Assembly: GCA_040901675.1 (NCBI GenBank) | Contig: JBBDYJ010000018.1 | Span: forward strand, 1 to 34,022 | From: Pirellulales bacterium | GTDB lineage: Bacteria; Planctomycetota; Planctomycetia; Pirellulales; JAICIG01 | Direction: 5' to 3' | DNA length: 34,022 bases | Shown here: piece after piece, positions 1-12,068 of the stretch | How the letters are laid out: each line of letters begins with the position of its first letter | Position numbering within the stretch: position 1 is the first letter of the stretch | Notes under the pieces: generated by a model | Told to the model about the DNA's origin: nothing | The model's database searches: none | The model's input: only the letters and a program-made list of their open reading frames with translations | Translations under genes and position numbers: made by a program

Positions 1-52
1 TGAGGTCAACGATACCACGATTTCGACCAACGTGTTCGGGCCTCGACCGAAC

Positions 53-3000
53 CTAAAAATTTACCATGGCATGTATTCCATGCGTCATGCAGTATGTTGT
101 GCACTCCTCGAGTTCAGCGTCGGCCTGTTGCGGATCCTCGGGAGGGCCTTCCTGTAGGTAAATCTGTTTCAGCCGTCTGAAACAATGCTCGTCACACGCC
201 GCCCATTCCTCTTTGAAGCTCGGCCGAACTAAGGGCGGCTGCGCAGGTGGCCCGGCCGGCCAGCAGCGCCCAACACACGATTTGCTTATAAACGTGTACT
301 TACAAAACATGTATTTAACGGAAGCGCCCAAGCTATCAGCGACTCCACCGCCGTACTCGACAGTATCCGTCGGCTCTGAGCCCGGTAAGTATCCGTACCA
401 TGGCTTTGGTAGGTTCCCAGGAATCGCATCCTCACGCCCTATGTCGACGCTGACACTGCCGCCCACTGCGGTTACCCCGATCTCCTCAAACCAGCCGGTA
501 TAGGAGTCCTCGTGGCAGCTTGCTCCTTCTAGATTCACCCGGCCAGCGATTGTCCAGGAAGCGCCTACCCCAAAGCCAAAACAAATCTTATAGAACCACA
601 TCGATATCCGATTCCCATCCGCGTCGCAACATAGGACGTTCGAATATCCGGCGCCACTGAGAACCATGTTAGCTTCGATGCCTTGATAGTCACCATGACC
701 CGGGGTTCCCTGATACTCCCCACTTAGTTCGGGGACCGTAATCGGAGCAAGAGGGCCAAGACCGGAAGGATCAATGTACCGGATCGGTGAGGATGACACA
801 TAGGCGTAAACGCTCCTGGCGTCCGTCGAGCTTGCGGGATCACGGCTTAGCCAGCGACCGAGAGCTGGCATGAGCCAACGGTGGCGGACGTGGTAAACAC
901 CGGATTCACTATCGCTACGATACGCTGCGTAGAGCGTTTCCCAGTCGTAAACAGACGATAGCCTCGATGCGAATGCCGATGAGAAGACCGTTGGCTTGCC
1001 GTAGGCGCTGTAGCCATATCGTTCCTGGACGTTGCCGCTTGTTTCCGTTACGGCCGTAACGTTCCACTTCGGGTCCTGCAGGCCGTAAAGCCGCTCTTCG
1101 AGACCCGAGCCCGAGACCCCGAGATTGCCCGTAGCCGCGTTGTCGTCGGCGTCCCTGTCTCGCAAAACCAGATCGTCGACGTATCGAAGCCCCCAAACGA
1201 ACTGCCGGTCCGCGGAAGAGGAGCTGCCCAGCCCCTCTTCGACGACCTGCCAGCGCCTGCTATAGTAGAAGTGCCTGGTACTCCCCTAAACCAGCTTCTC
1301 GGTCCGCCTGGCTCCGCCGTCGTAGGCGTATTGGCCGACCGTCGCCATTCCATCGACCAGCTTCATGAGCCGGTTCCAAGCATCCCAGGTGGCCGTGTAG
1401 CTCTGGGTGGGATCCGCGGGCTGCGGGATGAGGACCATGTTGCCGACGCGGTCGTGGACGGGATCGGCCCAGTCGGCTCCAGCACTGGCGCCGATGGTCG
1501 AGATCTCGTTGACCTTGTTGTGGCTGCGGGACTGGTTGAGGTCCCAAGAGCCGTTGCCGTCGGCGTCTTCCTTGAAGGCGCTCCAGTTGCCGGTGGCGTC
1601 GAGCGACCACTCCTGGGCAAACGCCAGGCCGGTGATGGCCGTCTTGCCGGCGTTCAAGTCGCCCCGCTCGAAATCCTTGAGCTGATAGAGGCCATCATAA
1701 GAATAGAGCTCATCGAAGCCCGCGGGGGCGACCGTGTTCTCGCGCCAGAGCCGGTTCGAAGCCCGGTCGTAGCCGTGCTTAACCCGCTCGACGTCGGTCG
1801 ACGTCCCGTAGTCCCGCCACAAGCAGTCGACGACCCGATCGAACCGATCGAGGCCGTCGTAAGGGTCGTCGCCCGTGCCGCTGATGAGGTCGTAACGGAT
1901 GTCCGGCTCGGTGTAGTCGACCTGCACGATCGAGCCCAAGCCGAGGTACGTGTACTCGGCCAGGTGCGTGCCGACCGCCCCCGCGGCGTCGTCCGCCAGG
2001 AAGCTGACGCGCCCCAGATTGTCGTCGGCGCCCGAGCTGTACTCGTACCGCAGGATGCGGCCGTTGGGGTACGTCATCGACGTGCGGCGGACGTGGTTGG
2101 CGCTGCCATCGGCGTAGGCGTACTGCACCTTGGGTGTGGTCGAAACGCTCACGGCCCCATCGTGCTCCTGGTACTCGGTCACAAGTTGGCCGAAGGTATT
2201 GTAAACGAACTGGACATCGTTTACCACGTTTCCGGCCCCCACGGTGGCATTGTCGTGGCTGCTCACGTGCTCGACCATCCCGCGGACCTCGTATGTCCGG
2301 CTGATCCGGCGAACCGAACCGTCCACCACGTCGCCCGGGCCGCTGCTGGAACTGGAGCTCGACGCACCCGGCACGCTGCTGCTCGAGCTGCTCGAACTGC
2401 CGGAGCTGCTGGAGCTGAAGACCGGCGTGCCGAAGGGACTGCCCAGCTCGGTCACGCGATCGTGGATCAGCCGGCCCAGCTTGTCGTGATCGTAGACGTG
2501 GACCGTCTCGCGCTGGTCCTTGAGCTCGACCCGCTCCCCCTGGCGGTTGTACTTGTACTCCACCCGGTCGTAGATGCCGTCGGCCCCGTTGCCGAGCGGA
2601 CTGTCTTCGTCATCCGAGTCGGGATAGATCACGGCCCGCAGGAGCTGGCTGCTGGCAACGCCCGACTCGGCCAGCGTGCTGCCGTAGACGTACTTCGTCA
2701 CCTGGTCGCCGGTCGTCGGGTTCTTGGCGGTCAACGTCTTGACCTGGCCGTCGGCGTTGTAGGCCGTTACGGTGGTCCGGTCCTCGTCCGCCGCGCCGGT
2801 GGACGGGTCGCCGTCGATGTAGTTCTCGATCAGCTTCGTCTGGCGGCCCGCGGCGTCAAACTCCTGGCGGGTTTGCGTCGCCATCGGGTCGATGGTCTTG
2901 AAACCCTCGCCGTCCGAGTTGTACTCGGTCGAGGTGACCAACACCGTGTCGGAGCGGGCCGGAACGGTTGACGCGCGGGTGAACGCGCTGCCTCCGTTGG

Positions 3001-4027
3001 TCCCATAGTCGGCCAAGGCCTGCTGCCGGCCGACGGCGTCCGGATACAACGCCGCGTAGCTGACCCGCGCCTTAGGCTGCGAGCCCGAGGGAGTCGTGAG
3101 CTCGCCGGTGCCGGTGGCGTTGTGGAACCGCCGGCGGGCGGTGGTCTGGATGACGTTGCTCGCGGCGTCGTAAGCTGTCTCGACCTGCTCGAACAAGGTG
3201 TCGCCCGTGACGTTGCCGGCGTCCGAGTAGCTGCTCTCGGCCGTGTCATAGCCCACGTACTGCTTCGTCTCGCGGCCGAGGCCGTCGAAGACCGACTTGC
3301 TGAACGCCTTGGACCCCGCGGGAAAATGCTTGATCACGTTGCCGCCCGCATCGTACCAGGTGTCGTCGGTCAGGCTGTTGCCGACCGAGCCGGTGGCCGG
3401 ATCGACCGCGTAGCGGACCGTGCGGAAGACACGGCCACGATCGTCGTACTTCGTCTCGCTGCGGGCCAAAAGATTGCCCGAGGAGGTCGTGTCGTACCGC
3501 TCGCTCTTCACTACGCGACCGAAGTTATCAAAATAGCTCTTTTGGTAAAAGTCGATCTCGCCGTCGGTGCTGGTGCGGCGATTGCGCCAATCGTGGGCGT
3601 GGACGGTGACCCGGTCGTTGGCAGAGTTGCCGTCGACGTGCTGGGTCTCCTTGGTCAGGTTGCCGTCGCCGCCGTCGGCGCCCGAGTCGTACTCGTACTC
3701 GGCCACGGCCACCAGGTTGGCGTCGCTGGTGCCGACCAGGATCTGCGTCGGCAGGCCGCGGGCCTCAAAGATCTGCTTGGTGATCGTGCCGCCGGGGGAG
3801 ACGACCCGGTTGCGGCGATTGCGGATGTCGTACCCAAAGTTGGTCTGGCTGTACTGGTTCCCCTCTGTGCCGGCGCCGCTGCCGGGGATCAGGTGGTAGA
3901 GCCGCGTGCTGGCCTGCTTGCAGCACTCGGTGTACTGGTGCGTCGTCCAGCGGACATACGTGCCCTGCCCAAAAGTGTCGCCCGCCGTCAGCTTGCCGGA
4001 CGTCCCGCTGCCTCTTCCTCTGTCCAC
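53..4027 (-). pseudogene. RHS/YD-repeat polymorphic toxin, 5'-truncated and interrupted by an in-frame TAG at 1286-1288
   Basis: ORFs 1286..4027 and 53..1165 share a frame. Reading through the TAG gives ...RTEKLV*GSTRHFYYSRRWQVVEE...FVWGLRYVDDLVLRDRD, which is continuous RHS core. Many YD repeats; core ends RWLSRDP...YAYV...PIRYIDPSGL (about 758-772), followed by a ~234-aa lower-GC C-terminal domain. The ORF starts mid-repeat with no N-terminal delivery domain. Confidence 0.88.
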
Positions 4028-4061
4028 ACTAAATTATGATCATAATTGTGAACACTACCTA

Positions 4062-4091
4062 TTGACATGCAGCCACCACCTCCGCTATAAG
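4062..4091 (+). promoter_or_regulatory. sigma70-like promoter TTGACA-N18-TATAAG
   Basis: Perfect -35 at 4062-4067 and a 5/6 -10 at 4086-4091 in an AT-rich patch. Confidence 0.5.
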
Positions 4092-4438
4092 GGGTAGTGG
4101 TTCATGGGCCATGGCGGCAATGGACGGTGGTCGATGCACGAGGGAGCGTCGAGCCGGGGAGGCAGAAAGTCACAGCAGCGTACCTCGTCCGTCCTTTTTC
4201 TTTTCGTGCCTTTTCGCGTTTCTTGCGGCCAACTTGCTTCGTCCGTCCGTCCGTCGTCCATTACCTGGCGTTTCCGTGCTCTCCGCAACTCCGTGGTGAA
4301 TCGTCCTCGTACGCCTCTCTTCCCCAAGTTCCGGATTGTTCGGATTAAAGCGTCGAAAAGTGGTGAACAACTCAATTGCCTCAATTGCCAATAGTGCCCA
4401 TGGTCCCGCACGCAGCGGACCTCCGGCACCAGCCGGAA

Positions 4439-4483
4439 GACCAATGACCAATGACCAATGACCAATGACCAATGACCAATGAC
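4439..4483. repeat. heptamer tandem repeat (GACCAAT)x6
   Basis: Six exact units read directly from the sequence. Confidence 0.95.
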
Positions 4484-4769
4484 AGTCCCCATCCAATTCC
4501 GACTTCTGACCCTTAAACCACCGCAAATCGGGAAACAACTCAAAACTCAGCCGAGCAAAACAGCCAACTTACCGTCTTCTTTTCGTGCCTTTTTGGGTTT
4601 CTCCTGGCCATCCTCTTCGTCCGTTCGTCCACTTACTGCCCGCTGCCAACTGCCGGCCAGCGTCGCCGGGCGACTCGAACACGGATCTGGTGCATCGGGC
4701 GGGTGCTTCGGCTATCGTGGTGCGCGGGCGATACCGTTTCCGCAACCCACTCCTTTGAGGACCGCTCCG

Positions 4770-5510
4770 ATGAAAACCATGTTGTGCCGCGCCTGCCTGG
4801 CTGCGTTTGCCTTGTCGTTGACCCTGGCCGCCGCTCAATCGGCCGAGGCTGCCGACGAACCGACCAAGGTCGTGCCGCCTCGAAAGGGCAAGTCCGAGAC
4901 GATCGAGCTTTTCAATGGAAAGGACCTGGAGGGGTGGGTCGGGCACGAGCATCTCTGGAGCGTCCAGGATGGAGCGATCGTGGGAAAGAACACCGAGCCG
5001 GTCAAGGTCAGCACCTACCTCTTGACCGAACGGGAGTTCAGCGACTTCCGCCTGCTGGCCACCGTCAAGCTGGTCGAGTCGGAGATGCACTCCGGCATCG
5101 CCATGTGGGGCAAGCAGGCGCCGGAGCACGGAGATGAGTACACGTTCGCCGGCCACCTCGTGATGTTTCCCAGCGGCTGGGGCATGTACGACCTGTTCGG
5201 CCGCGGCGGGCTGCCGGTCGATGGCGAGCCGGCCCGCAAGGTCGGCAAGCAGCACGATTGGAACGAGCTGGAAATCCTGGCCCAAGGCAACCGCATCCGC
5301 GTGGTCGCCAATGGCAGCCTCGTGGTCGATTGGGCCGATCCCAAAGAAGATGCGCTCTACGAAGGCCCCATCGGCCTGCAACTGCACTCCAACAACGTGC
5401 CGCAGGAAATCCATTTCAAGGACCTTGTGCTGACGACCTTTCCCGAAGACAAGCTGCTCACGCTCAACAAGAACAACAAAGACGACAAGGACGACGACAA
5501 GGAAGAATAG
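4770..5510 (+). CDS. DUF1080 (3-keto-disaccharide hydrolase-like) secreted protein
   Basis: Signal peptide, LFNGKDLEGW, W-x-V-x-DG, HSGI, WNELEI, GPIGLQLH and FKDL motifs; ATG at 4770 preceded by GAGG. Confidence 0.9.
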   Translation: MKTMLCRACLAAFALSLTLAAAQSAEAADEPTKVVPPRKGKSETIELFNGKDLEGWVGHEHLWSVQDGAIVGKNTEPVKVSTYLLTEREFSDFRLLATVKLVESEMHSGIAMWGKQAPEHGDEYTFAGHLVMFPSGWGMYDLFGRGGLPVDGEPARKVGKQHDWNELEILAQGNRIRVVANGSLVVDWADPKEDALYEGPIGLQLHSNNVPQEIHFKDLVLTTFPEDKLLTLNKNNKDDKDDDKEE

Positions 5511-5681
5511 ACGCCACCGCTCGCTATAATGACCCCTTGACTGGCCCGCTGCCGGCCGCCCGCTGCTGGCCAACGTCCGGGCACAAGGGTTGCTGGAGCG
5601 ACCGGGTGGCCGCGCGGCGCGTCCGAGCCATGTGCCGAGCGGGTTGATTGGGGTATTGCAGCTCAACTTGGAGCACGGCCC

Positions 5682-6557
5682 GTGAAAAGGATGGAGAACG
5701 CGGGATCGGCCAGGTCGGCGTTGGTGCTGGCCTGGTTATTGTGCGCGGCGGCGGCCTGCGACCAGCAGGCGCCGACGGCGGCCCAGCGCCGCACGTCGCT
5801 CCGGCCGCCGGCCGCCGGCGGCGATGCCCCGAACTCGCCGGATGGGCCAAGACCGGTCCTGCGGCCGCTGGACAAGGCCATGGAGATGGCCAAAAGCTCG
5901 CTCGAGTCGATCGAGGAAATCGACGATTATTCCTGCACGTTCGTCAAGCGCGAGCGCGTCGGCGACGAGTTGCTCGACCGGCAGCGGCTGACGATGAAGG
6001 TCCGGCACGAGCCGTTCAGCGTCTACATGCGGTTTCTCGAACCCGAATCGTTGGCCGGGCGGGAGGCCATCTATGTCGAAGGGCGCAACGACGGCAAGCT
6101 GTTGGCCCACACCACGGGCTTGAAAGGAAAGATCCTGGGCCGGATGGCGCTGGAGCCGACCGGCTTCTTTGCCATGATCGGCAACCGCCATCCGATCACC
6201 ACTGCCGGCATGAAACGACTCCTGGGCAAGTTGATCGAGCTGGGCGAACGCATGGATGCTCTGGAAGACTGCCGGGTGGAGTTCGTCGAAGGCGTCGAAG
6301 TGGATAAGCGGCCCTGCACGCTGGTGAAAATCACCCATCCCAGGATCGAAGGCGAATTCCGCCTGGCCATCGCCCGCATCTATCTCGATCGCGAGTGGAA
6401 CCTGCCCGTCCGCTTCGAAACCTACGATTGGCCCGACGATGAGAATGGAAAGCCGATCCTGGTCGAGCAGTACACGTATCTCGACCTGAAGTTCAACCAA
6501 GACCTCTCCGACGGCGACTTCGACCCCGGCAACGCCCAGTACGCCTTCCCGGAGTAA
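5682..6557 (+). CDS. DUF1571-domain protein, possible lipoprotein
   Basis: DYSCTFVKRERV, PFSVYMRF, GREAIYVEGRNDGK, RHPITTAG and EQYTYLDLKFN motifs typical of planctomycete DUF1571; AAAC lipobox-like N-terminus. Confidence 0.82.
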   Translation: MKRMENAGSARSALVLAWLLCAAAACDQQAPTAAQRRTSLRPPAAGGDAPNSPDGPRPVLRPLDKAMEMAKSSLESIEEIDDYSCTFVKRERVGDELLDRQRLTMKVRHEPFSVYMRFLEPESLAGREAIYVEGRNDGKLLAHTTGLKGKILGRMALEPTGFFAMIGNRHPITTAGMKRLLGKLIELGERMDALEDCRVEFVEGVEVDKRPCTLVKITHPRIEGEFRLAIARIYLDREWNLPVRFETYDWPDDENGKPILVEQYTYLDLKFNQDLSDGDFDPGNAQYAFPE

Positions 6558-6623
6558 TGAGGAGGCAGGAGGGAGGCGGAAGCAGGGAGAAATCAGACGA
6601 GCGCGACGCGGAGCGTTCGGCTC

Positions 6624-6678
6624 ACTGCTCGGACATCGACTCGCCCAGCACCTGGCTGACTCCCTCGTGGTCGAACAG
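6624..6678. repeat. 55-bp direct repeat, copy 1 (orphan 3' end of the small gene at 10707-10940)
   Basis: Identical to 10715-10769. Confidence 0.95.
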
Positions 6679-6829
6679 CGTGGGGAATAATTCCTGGCGG
6701 CCAGGCCCGCTGGGGGAACCGGCTTGTGCTACAATCAGAGCTTATCGTGGTCCACTCGCTTCCGCGACTGGTTTGTCTTGCTGGGGCGGAAGCGGCAATT
6801 GAGGTTTCGTCAGGCGGGAGGAAGGACGC

Positions 6830-9291
6830 ATGCGCGCATCCCGTGCGACGGCTCGACTCGTGTGCGTGCTGACGCTGGCCTGGTGCCCATCGGCGGGGCC
6901 GCTGGTGGCGCAGGTCACCGATGCGGCGGGCCCCGCGCCCACGGCCCAGCAGTTGGAGTTCTTCGAGAAGCACGTTCGCCCGCTGCTGATCACGCATTGC
7001 TACGCCTGCCACAGTGCCGAGGCGGACGCGCCCGAGACGGAGCTGCGCCTGGACTCGCGGCCGGGCATCTTGCAGGGTGGGGCCAGGGGGGCGGCCGTCG
7101 TGCCGGGCGAGCCGGAGAAGAGCCTGCTGATCAAGGCCGTCCGCTATGCCGACCCGCTGTTGCAGATGCCGCCCAGCGGGCGCCTGGCCCCGCGTGAAGT
7201 CGACGTGCTGGTCGAGTGGGTGCGGATGGGCGCGCCCGATCCGCGCAGCGAGGCGGCGCAGCCGGCGGCGCCGAAGCAACCATACACGGTCTCGGCCGAA
7301 GCCCGGCAATGGTGGTCGTTCCAGCCGATGCGAGAGCCGGCCGTCCCGGTCGTGCAGAACGAACGTTGGCCCGCTTGCGAGATCGACCGTTTCGTGCTGG
7401 CCGGCCTCGAAGCGCACGGGATGACGCCTGCCCCGCCGGCTGAAAAGCGCGTTCTGATCCGCCGCGCAACCTTCGCCCTGACCGGATTGCCGCCGACACT
7501 GGAAGAGATCGACGCGTTTGTCGCCGACGATGCCACGGACGCCTTCGCGAAGGCCGTGGATCGGCTGCTCGCCTCGCCGCACTACGGCGAGCGCTGGGGA
7601 CGGCGGTGGCTCGACCTGGTGCGCTACGCCGACACGTCCGGCTGCAACAGCGACTTTCCAATCCCCGAGGCGTATCGCTACCGCAACTACGTCATCGACA
7701 GCTTCAACCGCGATAAGCCGTACGACCGCTTCCTGCGCGAACAGCTCGCCGGCGACCTGCTGGCCGCCGAGGGCGAAGACTCCCCTAGCGAGGATTCGAA
7801 CCAGCGGCGCTACGAGCAAATCGTCGCCACCGGCTACCTGGCCATCAGCCGTCGCTTCTCATCGCTGGCCGAGGAGTTCCACCTCACGCTCGACGACACG
7901 GTCGATAACTTCGGCAAGGCGATCCTGGGATTGACCATCAGTTGCGCCCGCTGCCACGCGCACAAGTTCGACCCGATTCCGCAGGAGGACTACTACGCCC
8001 TGTACGGCATCTTTCAGAGCACGACCTATTCGTTCCCGGGCACCGAGATTTACCGGCACACCCAGGACCTGGTGCCGCTGGTGCCGGCCGAAAGACGGCA
8101 CAAGGAGCTGCTTCCCTACCTCGAGCGCACGGCCGAGTTGGACGCGAGGATCTTCGCCACGTATTCGCACATGGCCACGCTCGACACCGGCGACGAGAAG
8201 AACGAGCTGCGGGCCAGGTGGCAGGCGATGCAGAAGGAACGAGACGAGCTGGTGAAGTCGCTGCCTGACTTCCCCAAGGCTTATGCGGCATCCGAGGGTA
8301 CGCCGATCAACGCGCGGCTGCACCTCAAGGGAAACCCTGAGAGCCTCGGGCCGGAGATCCCCCGCGGCTTCTTGCAGATCCTGGGAGGCCAGAAGCTCGC
8401 CGCCGGCCAGCCGGCCAGCGGCCGGCGTCAGTTGGCCGAGTGGATCACGGACCCGCAAAACCCGCTCACTGCCAGGGTGATGGTCAACCGCGTCTGGCAA
8501 CACCACTTCGGCCGGGGCCTCGTGCGCACGCCGGACGACTTCGGCACGCGCGGCGCGCCGCCGACCCACCCCGAGCTGCTCGATTACCTGGCGCTGCGGT
8601 TCATCGAGGATGGCTGGTCGCTCAAGGCGCTGCACCGGCGGATCCTGCTCTCGCGCGCCTGGCAGACGGCTTGCCTCGAGAACGCCGATTACGCCCGCCG
8701 TGACCCCGACAACGAGCGGTTGTGGACATTCAACCGCCGGCGGCTCGAGGCCGAGGAGTTTCGCGATGCGATGCTGGCGATCAGCGGCGCGCTCGACCGT
8801 TCGCCGGGAGGGGCGCATCCGTTCAAGCCGGAATGGGAATGGCGCTACTCGCAGCACCAGCCGTTCGTGGACGACTTCGCAACCAACCGCCGGACCGTCT
8901 ACCTGATGCAGCAGCGGATCCGCCAGCAGCCGTTCCTGGCCGTCTTCGACGGGGCGGACACCAACGCCGCCACCGGGGTGCGCCAGGTGAGCACCACGCC
9001 GCAGCAGGCGCTGTTCCTGCTCAACAGCGAGTTCGCCCACGAGCAGGCCGCGTTGTTGGCCGACCGGCTGGCCCGCGAGGCCCCGCAGTCGCGCGCGCGG
9101 CTGGACCGGGCCTTCCGGCTGGCCCTCGGCCGCCCGGCGACCGGCGTGGAAACCGACGAAGGCCTCGAGTACATCGAGCGCATTGAGCCCCTGCTGGCTT
9201 CCGCGGGCATCGCCGACCGCGACCGCTCGCGCGCCGCCTGGGCGAGCTATTTGCGCGTGCTGTTGAGCGGCAACGAGTTCATGTTCATCGA

Positions 9292-9295
<4 letters not shown>
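6830..9295 (+). CDS. PSD1 and planctomycete cytochrome c domain protein (PSCyt1/DUF1549/DUF1553)
   Basis: CYACH and CARCH heme motifs; FFEKHVRPLL, YGERWGRRWLD, NPLTARVMVNRVWQHHFGRG and PTHPELLD motifs. Confidence 0.95.
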
Positions 9296-10695
<1,400 letters not shown>

Positions 10696-10706
10696 GCCAT
10701 GGCAAG

Positions 10707-10940
10707 CTAGTTGGACTGCTCGGACATCGACTCGCCCAGCACCTGGCTGACTCCCTCGTGGTCGAACAGGGTGGGAATGCCGCCACGGGCAACGAACACC
10801 GCCACTCCGTCGCGAAGCACCAGCGCCTCGGGATGATCGACCTGGAAGCGATAACCGCTGACCAACTCGACCGTGAATGGGCGAAACGGCGTGCGCCGCT
10901 GAAAGGCCCGCAAGGTGCAATCGAAATGGTCCGCTGTCAT
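10707..10940 (-). CDS. small hypothetical protein (77 aa), probably leaderless
   Basis: PFRPFTVELVSG...VDHPE pattern resembling small planctomycete hypotheticals; TATAAT (10947-10952, minus) lies 6 nt before the ATG. Confidence 0.75.
   Translation of the reverse strand: MTADHFDCTLRAFQRRTPFRPFTVELVSGYRFQVDHPEALVLRDGVAVFVARGGIPTLFDHEGVSQVLGESMSEQSN
10715..10769. repeat. 55-bp direct repeat, copy 2
   Basis: Identical to 6624-6678; lies within the 3' end of the small gene. Confidence 0.95.
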
Positions 10941-11107
10941 ACCTTCATTATACAGCAAGGTCGTGCTGAAGTGGCGCGGCCCGCGATTTCGGCAAATCCG
11001 CCGGGCGGGGCGCTAGGGCGGCTGGCACGGTGAGGCGCGGCTAGACGGCACTGCTTCTCGGACGCGGCGGGGGCCGCGTCCTCCAAGCAGTGGCACGACG
11101 AGGGCGG

Positions 11108-11845
11108 TTATCGGGCGGCCTTGGCCCGCTCGGTCAGGCGGGACACGACGGCCGAGAACTCCTTCCGCGCGGCCGCCAAGCCCGCCGCGGTCTTCTGGCC
11201 GGATCCGCGCACGTAATCGAGCACGATCCGCTCGGCCGCCACGAACTCACCGGCAATGTCGGCCACCGCCTCGGCAATCTTCAGCGGGATGTCGGTCACG
11301 CCGTTGGCATCGCCGTGCAACAGGTCGCCCTGGTTCACCACCAGGCCGCCGACCCGCACCGGTAAACCGAGGTGCAGGATGTGGCAGTAAGCGTGGGCGC
11401 AGATCGTCGAGCCGGTGAAGACCGGGTACTTGAGCGCCATGACTTGCTCCAGGTCACGGCCGGCGCCGGAGGTGATCAGGCCGGCTGAGCCGAACGCCTG
11501 GTACGTCGAGCACATCACCTCGCCGAACGTGGCCGCCACCGGCGGATCGTCGAGATCCTCGAACACCACCACCGCGGGTCCCGGCAACTCGGCGAAGCCG
11601 GCCACCTGGCTTTCCATGCTGCCGTAAGCGTCGCCTTTGGCCGGTGGCGCGTCGCTGCGGAAACAGGCCGTGCTGGCGAAGCCGACCATCGGCGGCAACT
11701 GGGGAAAAACGGCCCGGATCCGCGAGTCCATGTAACCCCGATTGCGGGGCCGCACGTCGAACAGTTCGATCACGTTGGTTATCGTCGGCGTGTCGAAGCG
11801 AGCAAGTGTTTTCAACGTGGCGGGAGACATGCTGATGGAAGACAT
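11108..11845 (-). CDS. RraA-family protein (HMG aldolase-like)
   Basis: FDTPTITNVIE, PPMVGFAST, ATFGEVM, GAGRD and GDLLHGDANGV motifs; start uncertain. Confidence 0.85.
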   Translation of the reverse strand: MSSISMSPATLKTLARFDTPTITNVIELFDVRPRNRGYMDSRIRAVFPQLPPMVGFASTACFRSDAPPAKGDAYGSMESQVAGFAELPGPAVVVFEDLDDPPVAATFGEVMCSTYQAFGSAGLITSGAGRDLEQVMALKYPVFTGSTICAHAYCHILHLGLPVRVGGLVVNQGDLLHGDANGVTDIPLKIAEAVADIAGEFVAAERIVLDYVRGSGQKTAAGLAAARKEFSAVVSRLTERAKAAR

Positions 11846-11962
11846 GGGATTCGGTTTCTCCATTTGGGTTACGGAGATTAGTCTGCCCGGCCTTCCACCC
11901 TGAATCAAGTCGTTCGGGCTGCAAGGCACCGACTCGCGCATTGCGAAGAGGCCCGGTCAATG

Positions 11963-12001
11963 AAAAAAACCGGCCAGCCGCCGGGGGCGGTTGGCCGGTT
12001 T
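11963..12001 (-). terminator. rho-independent terminator after glnA
   Basis: AAACCGGCCAGCCGCC / GGCGGTTGGCCGGTTT hairpin with a poly-A on + strand, i.e. a U tail on minus. Confidence 0.75.
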
Positions 12002-12068
12002 GAAAAACGACTGTTCAGCGCAGCAGCACCCTGCCCTCCGGCGAGACAGATACGTCGGGTGCAAACGT

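Noticed and set aside
1286..1288. TAG as pyrrolysine or genome-wide amber recoding
   Set aside because: TAG terminates other genes here at the expected family ends (DUF1501, Rrf2, DUF1080), and no pyl genes are seen
1271..2971. 566-aa plus-strand ORF and similar long antisense ORFs (11991-13646, 14629-16515, 21061-22440, 27403-28647)
   Set aside because: Shadow frames of well-supported genes, expected in high-GC DNA
4085..4543. ORFs containing HWSLVIG repeats
   Set aside because: Translation of the heptamer array and non-coding repeats
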